From: Magallana gigas
Taxonomy: Eukaryota
Length of the DNA: 64,000 nucleotides
Direction of reading: 5' to 3'
Assembly: GCF_963853765.1 (NCBI RefSeq)
Contig: NC_088857.1
Coordinates: 46,562,001 to 46,626,000, forward strand
Each line of letters begins with the position of its first letter. Within the stretch, counting starts at the first letter, position 1. Under the pieces are notes generated by a model. That model saw only the letters and a list, made by a program, of their open reading frames with translations, was not told where the DNA came from and ran no database searches. Shown in pieces: positions 13,615-26,400 of this stretch. A program made the position numbers and the translations under genes.

Positions 13615-13809
13615 NNNNNNNNNNNNNNNNNNNNNNNNNNNNNNNNNNNNNNNNNNNNNNNNNNNNNNNNNNNNNNNNNNNNNNNNNNNNNNNNNNNNNN
13701 NNNNNNNNNNNNNNNNNNNNNNNNNNNNNNNNNNNNNNNNNNNNNNNNNNNNNNNNNNNNNNNNNNNNNNNNNNNNNNNNNNNNNNNNNNNNNNNNNNNN
13801 NNNNNNNNN
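13615..13809. other. Assembly gap
   Basis: Run of N. Confidence 1.
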
Positions 13810-15732
13810 CGTTAAAAGAACGATAGCTGTTGATTAATTTAAAGATTTCGTTTGTTCACGGACTGTTCGTCCTATGGCTATTTATTTTAACAAATTTGAC
13901 AAAATAACCCGACAGAGTAAAAGCGATATTAAGAGGACATCGTATTACAATGTATAGAGTCCGTGGTGCATGAAGTGGGACGGGAACGTTATTATTGTAG
14001 CATCAAACTTTCATAAAACGGAACTTTATGTACATGTATCTTCAGATCGTCTCTATACTCTATCCCAAGTTTCTGCTTCCACCATTTCTGCTTCATAGCT
14101 CGATAATCATCAACACCTTGGTGTCCAAACTACGTTCATCTGCTACAATGAGCTCAGATGTTCCGTTTTGAAACACCCTCCTAACGCTCCAGGTTTCAAT
14201 GCACAACCAAGAATAGAAAGTCTAAGGACGTGAAAAAAAATACCCGGATGATAACGTTGGAAAATTGTGCAGGGTATCCCGAGTACCTCCGAGTGGAGAA
14301 AAGATGTAAACATTTCTCATTATAAACTAATAAATCTCCGTAAGAAATTTGTTTTTGATCATGTTAATTTCTTTGGGTCAAAAAAGATCATGTGTCAAAG
14401 AGGAAATCTTGGATTTTCCTCCTTGTATCGATTTCGAATTTCATTCGTTGACAGGTAATATGTATCTCATTTAAATTGGTCAAAAAGTAACTGAAGCAAA
14501 AACTTTGGATATAGTATTATAGTTACTGTAAACGATAATTATGTTAGGGAAATAGCGGTTCAGTCACAGCAGGTCATGTTAAAATGGCAATACTAGATTC
14601 CTGGTTAAACACGCGGGATTAATATCCGCGTATAAATCGCGAGCTCTCTCAGCGGACACTGCCAAAGTAAATAACAATTGTGGGGATGAAAATGTAGCGG
14701 CCCGTGTCGTATAATTTAAGGTCCGACCCGTTAATCGGTCCGGCCGGACCTTTAATGTTAACATATAAGGTCCGCCTTTCCCTTATAAGATAAGGTCCTA
14801 CCTGTGTTTCAAACAAATAATTATACACAGCTATGTATACATAATTGTAAGAAATACTACAATATTTATGCGTAGTTGTTGAAAAAAAAAATGTTCAGAA
14901 GCTTCTTTTACCGCCTGTTTTCGTTTTGCAAGTGAGTGTTTGACCAGAGATAGAAAGACCTGAGAAGTTGCCCCTGTACCCCATAGAACGAATCAATCAA
15001 AGTTAGGCTGATTTATGGAAGTTTTTAAAAGTACTTGGAATTCTCACTTTGGGCCGCGGAGTCAGTACAATACGTGTTGTTATTGAAGCTTTTTTTTTTA
15101 ACTATCACGAAATAGTCCACGTTGAAAAGTTAAAAGGTGACATTATTCAATGACCATTTAACAAACTGATTTAAACATTATGTATGACACTTAGGTATTT
15201 GAACAAATATTGTCCCTTAATGAGCACTGCCACAAAATGCATTCAAAGAAACTTCGATGTTTATAAAGTTTAAGAAATGCGTATATTGTGTTTCGGCTTT
15301 CCCCGTGACCGTGGTTTTATGAACACCATTAAATTCCTGAAGACAATACAGACAAATTAAAATACTCAGCTGATATAAATTAAAACATAGAAACAAAGAA
15401 ACTACGTGTGCCAAAAGGAGGGTTTCACAAGCGGTGTGAGGTCGACCAGTATCTGATCATACGAAGCTGAGATTCATAAAACACTCCAGGTTCCTTGAGC
15501 TGACACGAGTACAGGTACTATAAAGCGACCTGTTTAACGAGGCCGAGTACAGAACGAGTACGCACGCTTTCGCGCAGCGTTTCATTTGTATTTTGACGTC
15601 ATCTTTTTGCTTTGTTGACGCCATGGCGTGATAGTTTCAACTGCAGATATTCAACGAAATTTGTTGAAAATAGCTCATTTGATGCGTAAAATTGATATTA
15701 TATTGTGGAATAAACATAAATGTCTCGAAGTA

Positions 15733-15825
15733 TAAGCTATATTTGGGCTCGGGTCGAAAACGTGAAGAAAGTTCAGCAAGCCTAGCCCTCTGTCACGTTT
15801 TCTTATCCCGCCTAAATATAGCTTA
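15733..15825. mobile_element. Palindromic short element, second family
   Basis: taagctatatttgggctcgggtcgaaaacgtga versus reverse complement of the right arm, taagctatatttaggcgggataagaaaacgtga. Confidence 0.55.
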
Positions 15826-16986
15826 ATTCATATATTTCAAGACAGTAACCATGTATTTTATATTAATGACCCTTAATATGTGATGTTTTATATTTATTTA
15901 TTACTTAAATATGTCTGAATGTTTTAATCATACTATAAAGATCACCATTTCCGCCTTTGTCAAATACAAAATAGCCATTACCTGACAAATCTGGGAAATT
16001 GGGCATACAAAAAACAACTTTGATAAGACCCCTGGAACAAACCAGGAGGTAAAAGTGTTTTTTTATTTGACCATTTGATGCCTTTTAGCAATAACTTTAA
16101 TATGTAAAACAGAAAAAGATATCCCTAGGGCAGAAGTTTTTAAAAAATTGCAAAATTGATACATTTCAAGCAAAATCCCATAGGGTCCCATGTTAAAAAT
16201 TAACAAACTTTGAGATTGCCCCTTAAACAAACGGTGTGGTAAATGTCTTATTTTTTTATCTTAAAAAAATAATTATATCAGTAGAAATTCATGTAAAAAA
16301 ATTCATTCAAAAATCTAGGGCAGAACAAATTAGACCCGGCTTCGTTAAATCGAAGAGACACCGTGCTGTGCCATGTATTTATTTTTAATTATGTATTCAA
16401 CTCATTGCACTCGAGTGTTTTCCATACCTGGCTGGGTACAACAAAGAGAAAATAGATCTCACGTTACAACACATTTCAAGACCGCTGACGAATTGTTGTC
16501 CAATTGTTTGGCCTGACTAGGAATATACTCTTATGAGACTGATAAATAAACGCAAGGTAATGGACATACATAAAGTAAAAAAAGAACTTTTTAAAATCCT
16601 AACCACACAGAATTGGAATAAATCACGGTCTAATTCATTCCAATGTTATGAACTAATGACGAACTAAGTTCACAAACCGGCATTTAAAAGGATAATGTCT
16701 ATAGTGACCAAACGGAACATTTACATAGACGAGGAGTAGAGCCACTGACCTGACTGGCTGGTAGACTTGCACAACATATGTTTAATTTCCATTTTTCGCT
16801 CAATAATTTGCACCTCGAAAGTACACTTCATCTGTTTACGTTTCTACTCGTCGGAAGTTTAAATTTCGTTAGAACTGTACATGTAGAGATGCCGTAATGT
16901 CGACTGGTCGGCCTATTATCCAGAACTACCCGTCAAGCTCCAGTGAACATTACGTATAAAAGCATTCAGGGCAAAAGTAAGCTGCC

Positions 16987-17336
16987 CATTCAAGGTTTTA
17001 TGTTTGAACAAGTTAGGATTTATATGTGATAGTAATTTACAGTGAAAATCAACCAGAAGTACTAATTCAACAGCATTTAATTGGTACAAAAATATTTACA
17101 TGTACACCGACCCACTGTAATAACGATCGAAAAAGTCATGGAATGCAAACTCGTAAAGGGCATTCAAGGTTTTATGTTTGAACAAGTTAGGATTTATATG
17201 TGATAGTAATTTACAGTGAAAATCAACCAGTAGTACTCATTCAACAGCATTTAATTGGTACAAAAATATTTACATGTACACCGACCCACTGTAATAACGA
17301 TCGAAAAAGTCATGGAATGCAAACTCGTAAAGGGCA
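16987..17336. repeat. Near-perfect direct tandem duplication, 2 x 174 bp
   Basis: cattcaaggttttatg...ctcgtaaaggg starts at 16987 and again at 17161; I see 2 substitutions. Confidence 0.95.
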
Positions 17337-18137
17337 CTATAGCTTATATCAATCGTAGAAGTTGTTAGAATTTTTTTGAAATAAGAATACAAGTTAACAT
17401 GCATACGTACATGTATGTTTACAAGTGTTTAAACAGTTATTATAATATAAAATTAAAGTACTGAAAGTTTTGGAAAAGTTAGCAAGCTTGTTTTTAAGTT
17501 TTTGGGGAATACATGCCTTAATATTTCATTTCGGGGCACTGTAGATTTCCAATACAAGTGTCACCAATTACTTTTAACATTACGTTTTTATCGTGGAGAT
17601 GTGGTTAGCCCGGAAGGATGCATCTCGGCTACCAAAGAGATGGTATTGACTTTTAAGAAAAATAAACATTCCAACTATTACGCACGGTTATCTAACTAAA
17701 AATAAAATCGAAACGCATGTTCTCTTACAATTAGCAGCTGGTACATTTTAAATCTATAATTTTGTAAAGTTAAGAGATCTAAATTTTTAATATAACACAT
17801 TAATTTTTATTTATGTCTACTAATTGCTAGGATGTCCATATTAAAAATTAGTATTTTTGGTGAGGAAATGTGAAGCAGATAGTGCTCATATATGTGATCT
17901 AATTTCTAAGTGGATTTTTTAATTTGCTAAACTTGGTTTGCATGCAGGGAACACGGGGTCCTGACTCCTGAGATTTTTTAAACATTTCAGAATAAACAAG
18001 AACAACTTACATAATGTACCATATAGAATAGCCAGGGATAATCTCAAAACTTTCCGAGGGAATGCCCCTCTTCACATTTTCACGGGTCCATCACCACGCT
18101 CCAGTCCCGAGCAACTACCATATACTACCATAGGATT

Positions 18138-18575
18138 TGTCAGTGGTGTAACAAATAATGTCAATGGTGTAACAAATAATTTCAATCGTGTAACAAATAA
18201 TGTCAATGGTGTAACAATTATGTCAGTGGTGTAACACATATTGTCAGTGGTGTAACAAAATGTCAATGGTGTAACAAATAATGCTAGTGGTGTTACAAAT
18301 AATGTCAGTGGTGTAATAAACAATGCTAGTGGTGTCACAAATAATGTCAATGGTGTAACGCTTCTCATTTTTAAGATTTAAGAAAACACTATTGCAATCA
18401 AATAGCCACGCTTTCTTTATCATGAAAGTGTCTAACTTGTAAAATTGATAAATCACAATTTCTCAAAATGTTCAAAATATAAATGAAATGGAAGAAAAAG
18501 TAAAATTGTTAAATAGTGTCATGTGGTGTAACAATTTTGTCAGTGGTGTAACAACGATTTTTGGTAACACCACTG
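18138..18575. repeat. 21-bp minisatellite (TGTCARTGGTGTAACAAATAA)
   Basis: About 11 units at 18138-18359, plus a few degenerate units at 18520-18575. Confidence 0.9.
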
Positions 18576-19822
18576 ACCGTTATACCCCTGATGTATCAAG
18601 AGTTAATGTAGCAGTAGAACCGAAGAGAACAGAAACTACACATAGCCACATAACCTATGTTATAATGTTATAAACATTCATCATTTATGTGAAGCACCTT
18701 TTTGTTCTTTCATTATAGAAAACCTTAAATAACACGTTATCCCACTGACATAGTTTGTATCGTATTTTTCTGAGCATACTAATATTTTCTGTCATACTCT
18801 CTCTCTCTCTCAATGATGTCATCACTGATACGTTTATCTTTTCAGCAGCAGTGAATGATGTCACTGTGATCTGGAAAATTTTAACTTTCGTAAAATATCA
18901 TTTATTTAATGTATTTAACGATAGTTTTGGATAATATGCCATGTTCCACCAATATAATGACGATTTCTTTTGGGACGAACATATATCGGTGATTTTTGGA
19001 GCAAAAACATCAATCTCATTGATGATATTGTAGGTTAAAGACGTTGGCAAATTTTATTGACAACATAAATTCACTGGAATCTCATAGCGAATAATATTTT
19101 ATTTATACTTCAAGCAGCAAAATTATCAATTTATTTTTTCAATAATGACGTTTAAGGTTTCTAAAATCTAATGGTACTGTAGATACCCCCCCCCCCCCAA
19201 AAAAAATACCCCCTTTAAATTATCCTTAATGCAAAAGGCTGCATGTTTTTACAATGACCCATATATTTTATGGTATCGATGATCTGCATTGTGAGTTAAT
19301 AACATGCTTGGTCTGTCGAGCTCTATTTACAATATATACTGAGAAATATTGAAGTTTTAAAACGTTAAACATACAAAAGAGCAACTAATATAAGTCTGAA
19401 GTAAGCATAGAAGAATTTGCTTCTATAAGAATAATTATATCCTATAAGATTCGAAATACTAGTATCAAGAAACGTTCTCATTTTTAAATTAATAATCATA
19501 CTGATATCCAACTGGTGAAAAATTATAGTTAATACCTTGTAACCGTACGCGTATTGACCTACTTGTAACTTCATGTAAAAAAAATTCAAAAACACATTTA
19601 TTTGTATCTTCATTTATTGAAACAAAGATTCATTTGTATAAAAAAAATATTCGATGAAAATGTACACGATATGATGGCGCAAGACACCTTTTAACTCTAA
19701 CACATTTACGTAAAGAATCTTAGCACAAACTCAAGCGCAACCTAAGATACAAGTACTGCATAGAAACAGACTTTGATCAGTTAAGAGTGGAGAGGAAGAG
19801 TCTATATCATATTGAATAATGT

Positions 19823-22800
19823 CTAAGCTATACAGCGTCCACGGAAGATGTACACATCATCAAAGGCCATATCTCCGTTGTCTGTTCCTCCAATGATGGC
19901 CTCCAAGAAAATCTATAGATTGATAAATGAATAGAAAAATTAATAAAAATCTCAGCTTTATTAAAAAAACAACAACAGCAAAAGACTTTCTTTCAAATAA
20001 ACTAATACTGTCTATTATTTCAATACTGGTGTTGAATATTCAATGCAAATTGGTAAATATACCAAAAGTATCAATATAATTGCAATTGTGATTCAACACG
20101 AAACATTCTCTGTAAAAATTATTGATAGTCTATTGCACACTTTATAGTGAATCGAACATTGACATAGACAACCAACCTGGAACTTTGTGTTCATGGTGAT
20201 ATCTTTAGAGTACGTGTGCCAGCTTCCTCCCTGGTTGCCCTCCAAAGAATCAAGAACTGTGTCTCTATCTCCAACTCTTGTGTTCACTCTGAACTTGTGA
20301 ATGTCTTGTCCGTACAGGAAGTAGTAAAATCGGAGACAGTATTCACCGGCGTTCAGAACAGGGGAGATAACTCGGGCATCTTCGTTGTGTTCACCCTGTG
20401 CCCCAGCATAAACGTAGTAGCCTAGAAAATTAAATTTACAAAGGTTATTACTATCAATCTCGCTTGTTTACCAAGGCATTTGCGGATCTAGACTTCAAAT
20501 TCGTTTAATTCACGACGTGCAATTTTCAAAAAAGGCCTTGGACCTTCTCCCTTTAACAAAATCCCTCCTCAGACATTCCTTATCCCGTCCCCGGAAACTT
20601 AATAAGATCCTTGCATGCGTCCTCGTTTATTTAGGGGACAATTACCTGTTCCACTGCTGTAATCGGCCATTGGTCCGGTGACGTTGCTACGAGGAGATGG
20701 TCCCTTCATTCTCTGGAAGTCGAAATCGTCATCTGTCAACTGGGTCCACTCGCACAGATCGAATTCAAAGTTACAGTATGAGACGGTGCCTGCAGAAAGG
20801 TAAAAACCCTGTTATTCTTACTCAAAGACTTTTCAAGCTTCAAAAATATCTTTTGAACATTAAATCTTATAAATTTACATATGTAACGTACCGTCCAAAA
20901 GGTCGATCTTGTTTCCGTTATCTGTAATAGAAACAGAATACACACTATTGAAGCTTTGCTTTATGTGGCGGTTTTTATAGAGATGCTATATTATATACAC
21001 AGTCAGTAATTTATTATGAAGACATGTACAAAATTTTGCATGTGGTGCAAATCAAAAGATGATGCAACACCCGCATTATTGGATCTACAAAAATTACATT
21101 GAAGGATAGGAAGAAATTGATGTCAATATATAATCCTACATATGATTTTATAATGGAAAAAGTTTTTGTAGTGATAAATATTAATCTACAAGTCTTGTCT
21201 TGTGATAGACGAATATAATTATTACCAATTCCACATTTGTATTCTCTTTGGATGTTAAGAATGTCGTATTTGCTGAGAGAAACTTTGTATGGAATGCTGA
21301 CAGACTCGTATTTGGGGGTGAGAGTGGGTTTGGATGGGTCAATGGCCCAGGCGTATGGGAAGAAGAAAGTAATGGACTCAAAGTCGAATGGGTAGTTGAA
21401 GAATGTTGTGTCGTTAGTAATGTCGAAGAATCCACGATACTCTGCAAGACAAAGCCACATCGCAAATGATTCACTGTTTTTATATACACTCATTCGTTCA
21501 AAAAAGAATCTGCCGACAAAATAACGTATTTCAGTCGTTAAACAATGCAAAATCCGAAAGAAACTTTCCCTCTGGTTTAACACAATCAGTTGGGGAGTAA
21601 GTTAATAAGACTTAATCATTACCTGGGGCAATGTTTTCGTAGTGGACCATGACCTGGCTATCTCTGTCGGGACGACGGAACTCATTGAAGAAGCCGAGCA
21701 AGTACATGATGAGCTGCATAATGTCGGCCTTGGCGGCATCACGGTACAGATGGACGTATTGGACACCCCCAAGACGGCCGGGCAAGCTGTCTCCAGATCC
21801 ACTGTAAACAACAGGGGATGATTATTAAAAATTAAACAGGCAAATGTTGAATTGGAAAGCAAGCATTCTGAATCATCCAAAAAATCATCCAAATATGGTT
21901 TACCCTTTCCCTTTTTTTATTATCTTCATATGTCTTTAAAACGTTTAGTTCTATAAAAGTAATGTATGACTGTTTCATGTTAAAAGCACCTTTGATCTTA
22001 CAAGAAAAAACCCTCAGTATTTGTTGATACATTGACTTGTCAAATTAAAGACTGTGACACTCACTAGACAACTGATGTGAAAACAACGTAGTCCTTCTCC
22101 TGTGTTCTAGGAACAAACTGGACACACGGCATACCATTGGCGTGAGTGGAAAAAGAGATTTCCTGCATAGCTGCCAGGACCTTTTCTTTCATTGATCCAT
22201 CTAACAAAATAATCCTCTTATGAATATAACTACAAACACAATTCTATTGCAGCTAAATACTTTATAGCGATGTACTATTATATAACGTTTCTTGGATATA
22301 AAAAATATGAATAAATAATTAAATAAATGAATAGTTACCTAAACTAACGTCGAAGGCAACTGGGACTTTTCCATTTGCCCATAGCCTGCTGCTGTCTGTG
22401 ATAATATTTCTGAGTTGCTATGAAAAAGAAAAAACAAAAACTAAATATAATTAAATAAATTGTATTTAAAGATGATAGAAAACATAGAGTACAAAAAATT
22501 GTGCTGAAATGGTTATTCGCTGCGGTCATTTTGAAGTTTTCTATAACACTTTTGTTATTTTTCCCGACTTCACATGTAAAACTTTGAAGGATTTGAAAAG
22601 TTAAAGATCAAAAGTACTGATCGAGTGCTTCTTTGATATTACTGCCCATGATAAGGTATAGATAAACCATTTAAGGACGTTTTTTCTAGGTCGACATTAG
22701 TATTAAAATGATAAGACGTAGTGACGAAACGTCTAGGTCACTAAGAACACGCTGTCTCAACGTGACCTAGATTCATTTGTTCAAGACGCTAGGTGATCGC

Positions 22801-23377
22801 AATATTAGAACATTAAATGGCAAGCCAGGTCGTCTGATTCCTTGGTTTCTAACCAATTGCCTTTCGTATTGGCATTCGTTGCAAAGATATGCCGAGCAAG
22901 CTATTTGTATCCAATTTATTTTACCTATACGGTGTTTAAAGTGTTCTAGTGAATTCTATATTAAGAAACATTGGATTCAGCAAAATTTTACAAACGTAAG
23001 CTTCAGTTATTATAATAAGAGTTGAAAGAAATGCATTAACATTACATACAGCTTGGATTGAAATTTTGTTTAAAATGAGAATAGTATGTGCAACATAAAC
23101 GTATTTGTAAACAAGAAAGTTTCTAAATTATTTTCATTCATCAGCCGCTTTTGCATTTAACAAGATAGCTGCAAAAAGTATTACAGTAGTGCTGAAATTT
23201 AATATGTACAATCAAAGTTACAAGAGAACAGTACCTAATGGCATCCTTAGTGAATGCATAATGCGACATAAGAGCAGAATATAAATGATAAGAATTAAAA
23301 AACAAACGTACCCCGGGGACAGCAGACACACCCAGGACAACAGCGAAGCAGAGGACGATGTTGGTAGTGGACAACAT
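19823..23377 (-). CDS. Secreted astacin-like + MAM domain protein (meprin-like architecture) with a degenerate active site, 394 aa
   Basis: Exons 23312-23377, 22339-22417, 22065-22200, 21623-21801, 21226-21441, 20892-20921, 20646-20789, 20177-20421, 19823-19912 (1185 nt, all GT-AG, no stops). Signal peptide MLSTTNIVLCFAVVLGVSA; astacin hallmarks RNII...RLWANGKVP, AAMQEI..PCVQFVPRTQEKDYV, LGFFNEFRRPDRD, YPFDFESI, PTLTP, LSKYDILNIQREYKC; MAM hallmarks CNFEFDLCEW, TGPMADYSSGTGYYVY, YCLRFYYFLYG, GNQGGSW, GDMAFDDVYIFRGRC. Confidence 0.92.
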
Positions 23378-23413
23378 GATGACGATGTGGCACTCTGTCT
23401 TGAGAACTTTACC

Positions 23414-23421
23414 CTTTTATA
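23414..23421 (-). promoter_or_regulatory. TATA box of the astacin-MAM gene
   Basis: TATAAAAG on the minus strand, ending 37 nt upstream of the ATG at 23377. Confidence 0.6.
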
Positions 23422-26400
23422 ACTCTTCTAGGCACATGCGCATTCACAAGATACAATTAATTTAGCGTCTCGGTATCTAGAGAGACGATATTTATATTGG
23501 AATGGAAATCATTTTATCATTGGGCTTATTCTGTCTTATCTCACGCGATTGGATGACTCGAATCAAGGGTAACCGAGGTTACGGTGAACAAATTAACTCG
23601 GACACACATCTGTCTAGAATAGAAGACCATGTTGTTTGCAACGGGGTCACCGTTTTATTGTCATAAAGTGCAAAGAACTATTTCTGCAGTCTTCAAGTAT
23701 TTGACCGACATCCATTTTTACTCAGAGTGATAGCACAAATTCTTAAAGTTAAATCATTTGGTGCATTTCTTATATCTGTTACATGTACGTACCACTAAAG
23801 TGCAAGATATTGCAATAACATTATGTTGAAAGTCTGTGTTGCATTCATCCTTGTTTTGCGTATATCATAATATGAAGACAAAGATGAAAATGGATTTTAA
23901 GTGTTAAGCTATCAATCACCATTTAACAAAAGTTATGTCCCTTGGTCGCCATTTTTTGGGGAAAACCCATAGATTTTTCAAAGTTAGAGATTTGGTAACT
24001 TTGACATTTGATATAAAAATCCGTTGACGCTGTGTTTTTGTTTTGATTGTCCAAAGATGGGACAACCCACATATCGTAGAAAATAAGTGAATTCTATGAG
24101 ATTTCATCACAGGACGCCCAAATATTTGGTTCATTGGTAGCGTGAAAGGGGGATTTTTTTTCATAGGACCTTTATGTTGACACTGCAAAGAGAAATAACT
24201 TTTCCAAAGTGTGAATAGGTTCGATCAGTCTGAAAAGAAACGTGTTCTTAAAGGACATATTTCATCAGTTGGCATGATTTCTTTAACTAATAATCTAGTC
24301 ATTTATGTTCTACAAAACATGCCTAATTTTCATCTTTGAGATAGAACGTGTAAAAGTAAATGAATATGATACATGAACATTAGCTGTATTCTCACACGTA
24401 TATAACTTTTACAATATGTGAATCCTTAGATTGTGTTTGTTTATTGTAATTAATTATTTATTGTAATAAATGACTTATTTTACTCCTGAAAGGGTGTTAT
24501 TGTTTATGCGGTAAAGGCAGACAGGCATGAAAGTAAATGAAATAATTTTCATCGTGTGTCTATAAGTTAATGAGTAACTGTCAGAAATCTTATCTTGAAA
24601 GCCTATGATAAGCTAGTTTGTTTTGAAAAACAAAACTATGCTCGCACTGAGTGACATTGTAAATGATACTGCGTCACTGTTTTGCGTCGTTACCAGAGTA
24701 CTGTCCTCATACCGAGGTACATGTATATCAGTCACACTCTGTACTCAGAGGAGGTTCACCAAAGTGAAGTGCAGTTCAATGACGTACATTCATGTTGTTG
24801 TCCTCATCTCTTTGTATTTGATAAAGTCGATTTGATCAATTTGATAAGAATTTGATGACCCTTGGTCTGTGTCCATATGCGTTTATCAACTGTTTACGTT
24901 GGTCCTGGATTCGTGGAGAATTCTTCTTTTCTGTAGACAACACAAAATGATTATATCTGGGTAAGATGTTTGTATTTCAAACTTTGAAAGGGTATTATTA
25001 TAATCATATCTTAAATTCAACAAATATTGCCACTAAAGATTACTGTCATTAGACTCCCGTAAAAATTCACTCATTGCAACTCTATAACTCTTCCTGTCCG
25101 TGTCTTCTTTTTATTGTATATCAGTCTAAACTTTTTAGTTGAATTTTATTATTTTCTACTTCAACTCTGCGAGGTGCCCCTACATAAACGAAGAAAATTA
25201 CATGCATTTAAAACAAGCTATCCAGAAGTGGTCGCCAATTTCCCCTCGTGTGTATACTTTATTTACTTTTGAGGAAGTACCTTAAATATATGTGAATTTA
25301 ATAGTTATGAGTGGGAGTTTCACCCTTTTTAAATTACAGTTACTATCTTTATAATTAAACTCCCAAGTCCCTTCTCTGATCCTTACTAAAATAGACCCCT
25401 ATTAAGATACCAGCATAAATACATCTTTGAGTTAAAAGAAGATTCCTAATATCTTAATGATAGGAGTTTTGCTCACGAAACAAGATAAATCATTTAAAAT
25501 AAAGCAAAGAACCATCATGATTTTGGATATTTTACATATTTCCAATTGATCAAAACATATTTAATTTTAACTATGAACTATATTAATTTAGTTAAAATCA
25601 CTAACGTATCATATGCACACATTAACCATATTGAGATAAACATTTTACCAATTTTATAGTGTTCTCTCTTTATTTACACTTTTTAAATTATTTTGGTGCA
25701 ATTTAGATCGAAGCATTGTATTCCTCGAGATTATTGGGTTTCCGTCTATCTGTATCTTTCTAATGTCTCTTTTTGTAAAATGAATAGAAATTGATAAAAT
25801 TTGTTTATCAAACCTCACAGCTCTATATAAATCCTTAATCTAGTTCTTCAAACAAAGGTTGAGTCATTTCTGGTGTGGAGTGAAAACCTTAAGATTTTCT
25901 TTCCCGTATTTGACAAACAAGACCCCCGGGGACTAATTTCGTTTAAGAGTAATATTTGTCCTATTTTGAGATAGGTAGTGTAACTTAGGATTACCTACTT
26001 GAGAAATACCGATAACAGGAACTAGTGTGTATTGTTTACAAACAATCGTCCGTTTGATACAAAGAATTCATAACTGGTAATGGAGGACAACAAGCCCGTC
26101 AGCCATTGTTGACTGCATTAGGTTCTTTAAGTAAATACTATTGATACTATCAAGGATCAAATCATGTTAGATAAATTCTACCTTAACTTGTTGGATATCG
26201 GTATGTAAAATAAGAAGAAGAAAATGTATTTAATGTGCGCCGAAACGTGAAGATACATGCTGTTCAGTTTAAGTTAAATTCAAATGTACTGAATGCAAAG
26301 TTTAGAATTACAGATAACGTTTTTGAATGACACCAGACATGGATGTTATAAAAGATGTCTCGTTGCCGTGTTCCAAATGTTAGTTTGACCCATCAATGCT

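Noticed and set aside
13990-14260. Coding-looking, less AT-rich stretch (..GVDDYRAMKQKWWKQKLG..)
   Set aside because: Stops in all frames and no recognisable family; it could be a UTR exon or pseudogene fragment but I cannot support either.
14600-14800. CpG-rich patch as the CHST15 promoter
   Set aside because: Plausible, but two assembly gaps intervene and no UTR exon could be traced to it.
18072-18456. ORFs with VTPLTLF / YTTDII repeats; also a superficially CRISPR-like periodicity
   Set aside because: Translation of a 21-bp minisatellite; there are no unique spacers or cas genes and the context is eukaryotic.
24830-24930. Possible short terminal exon (KKNSPRIQDQRKQLINAYGHRPRVIKFLSN*) on the minus strand
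   Set aside because: There is an acceptor-like site, but I could not find a compatible upstream exon or any homology.
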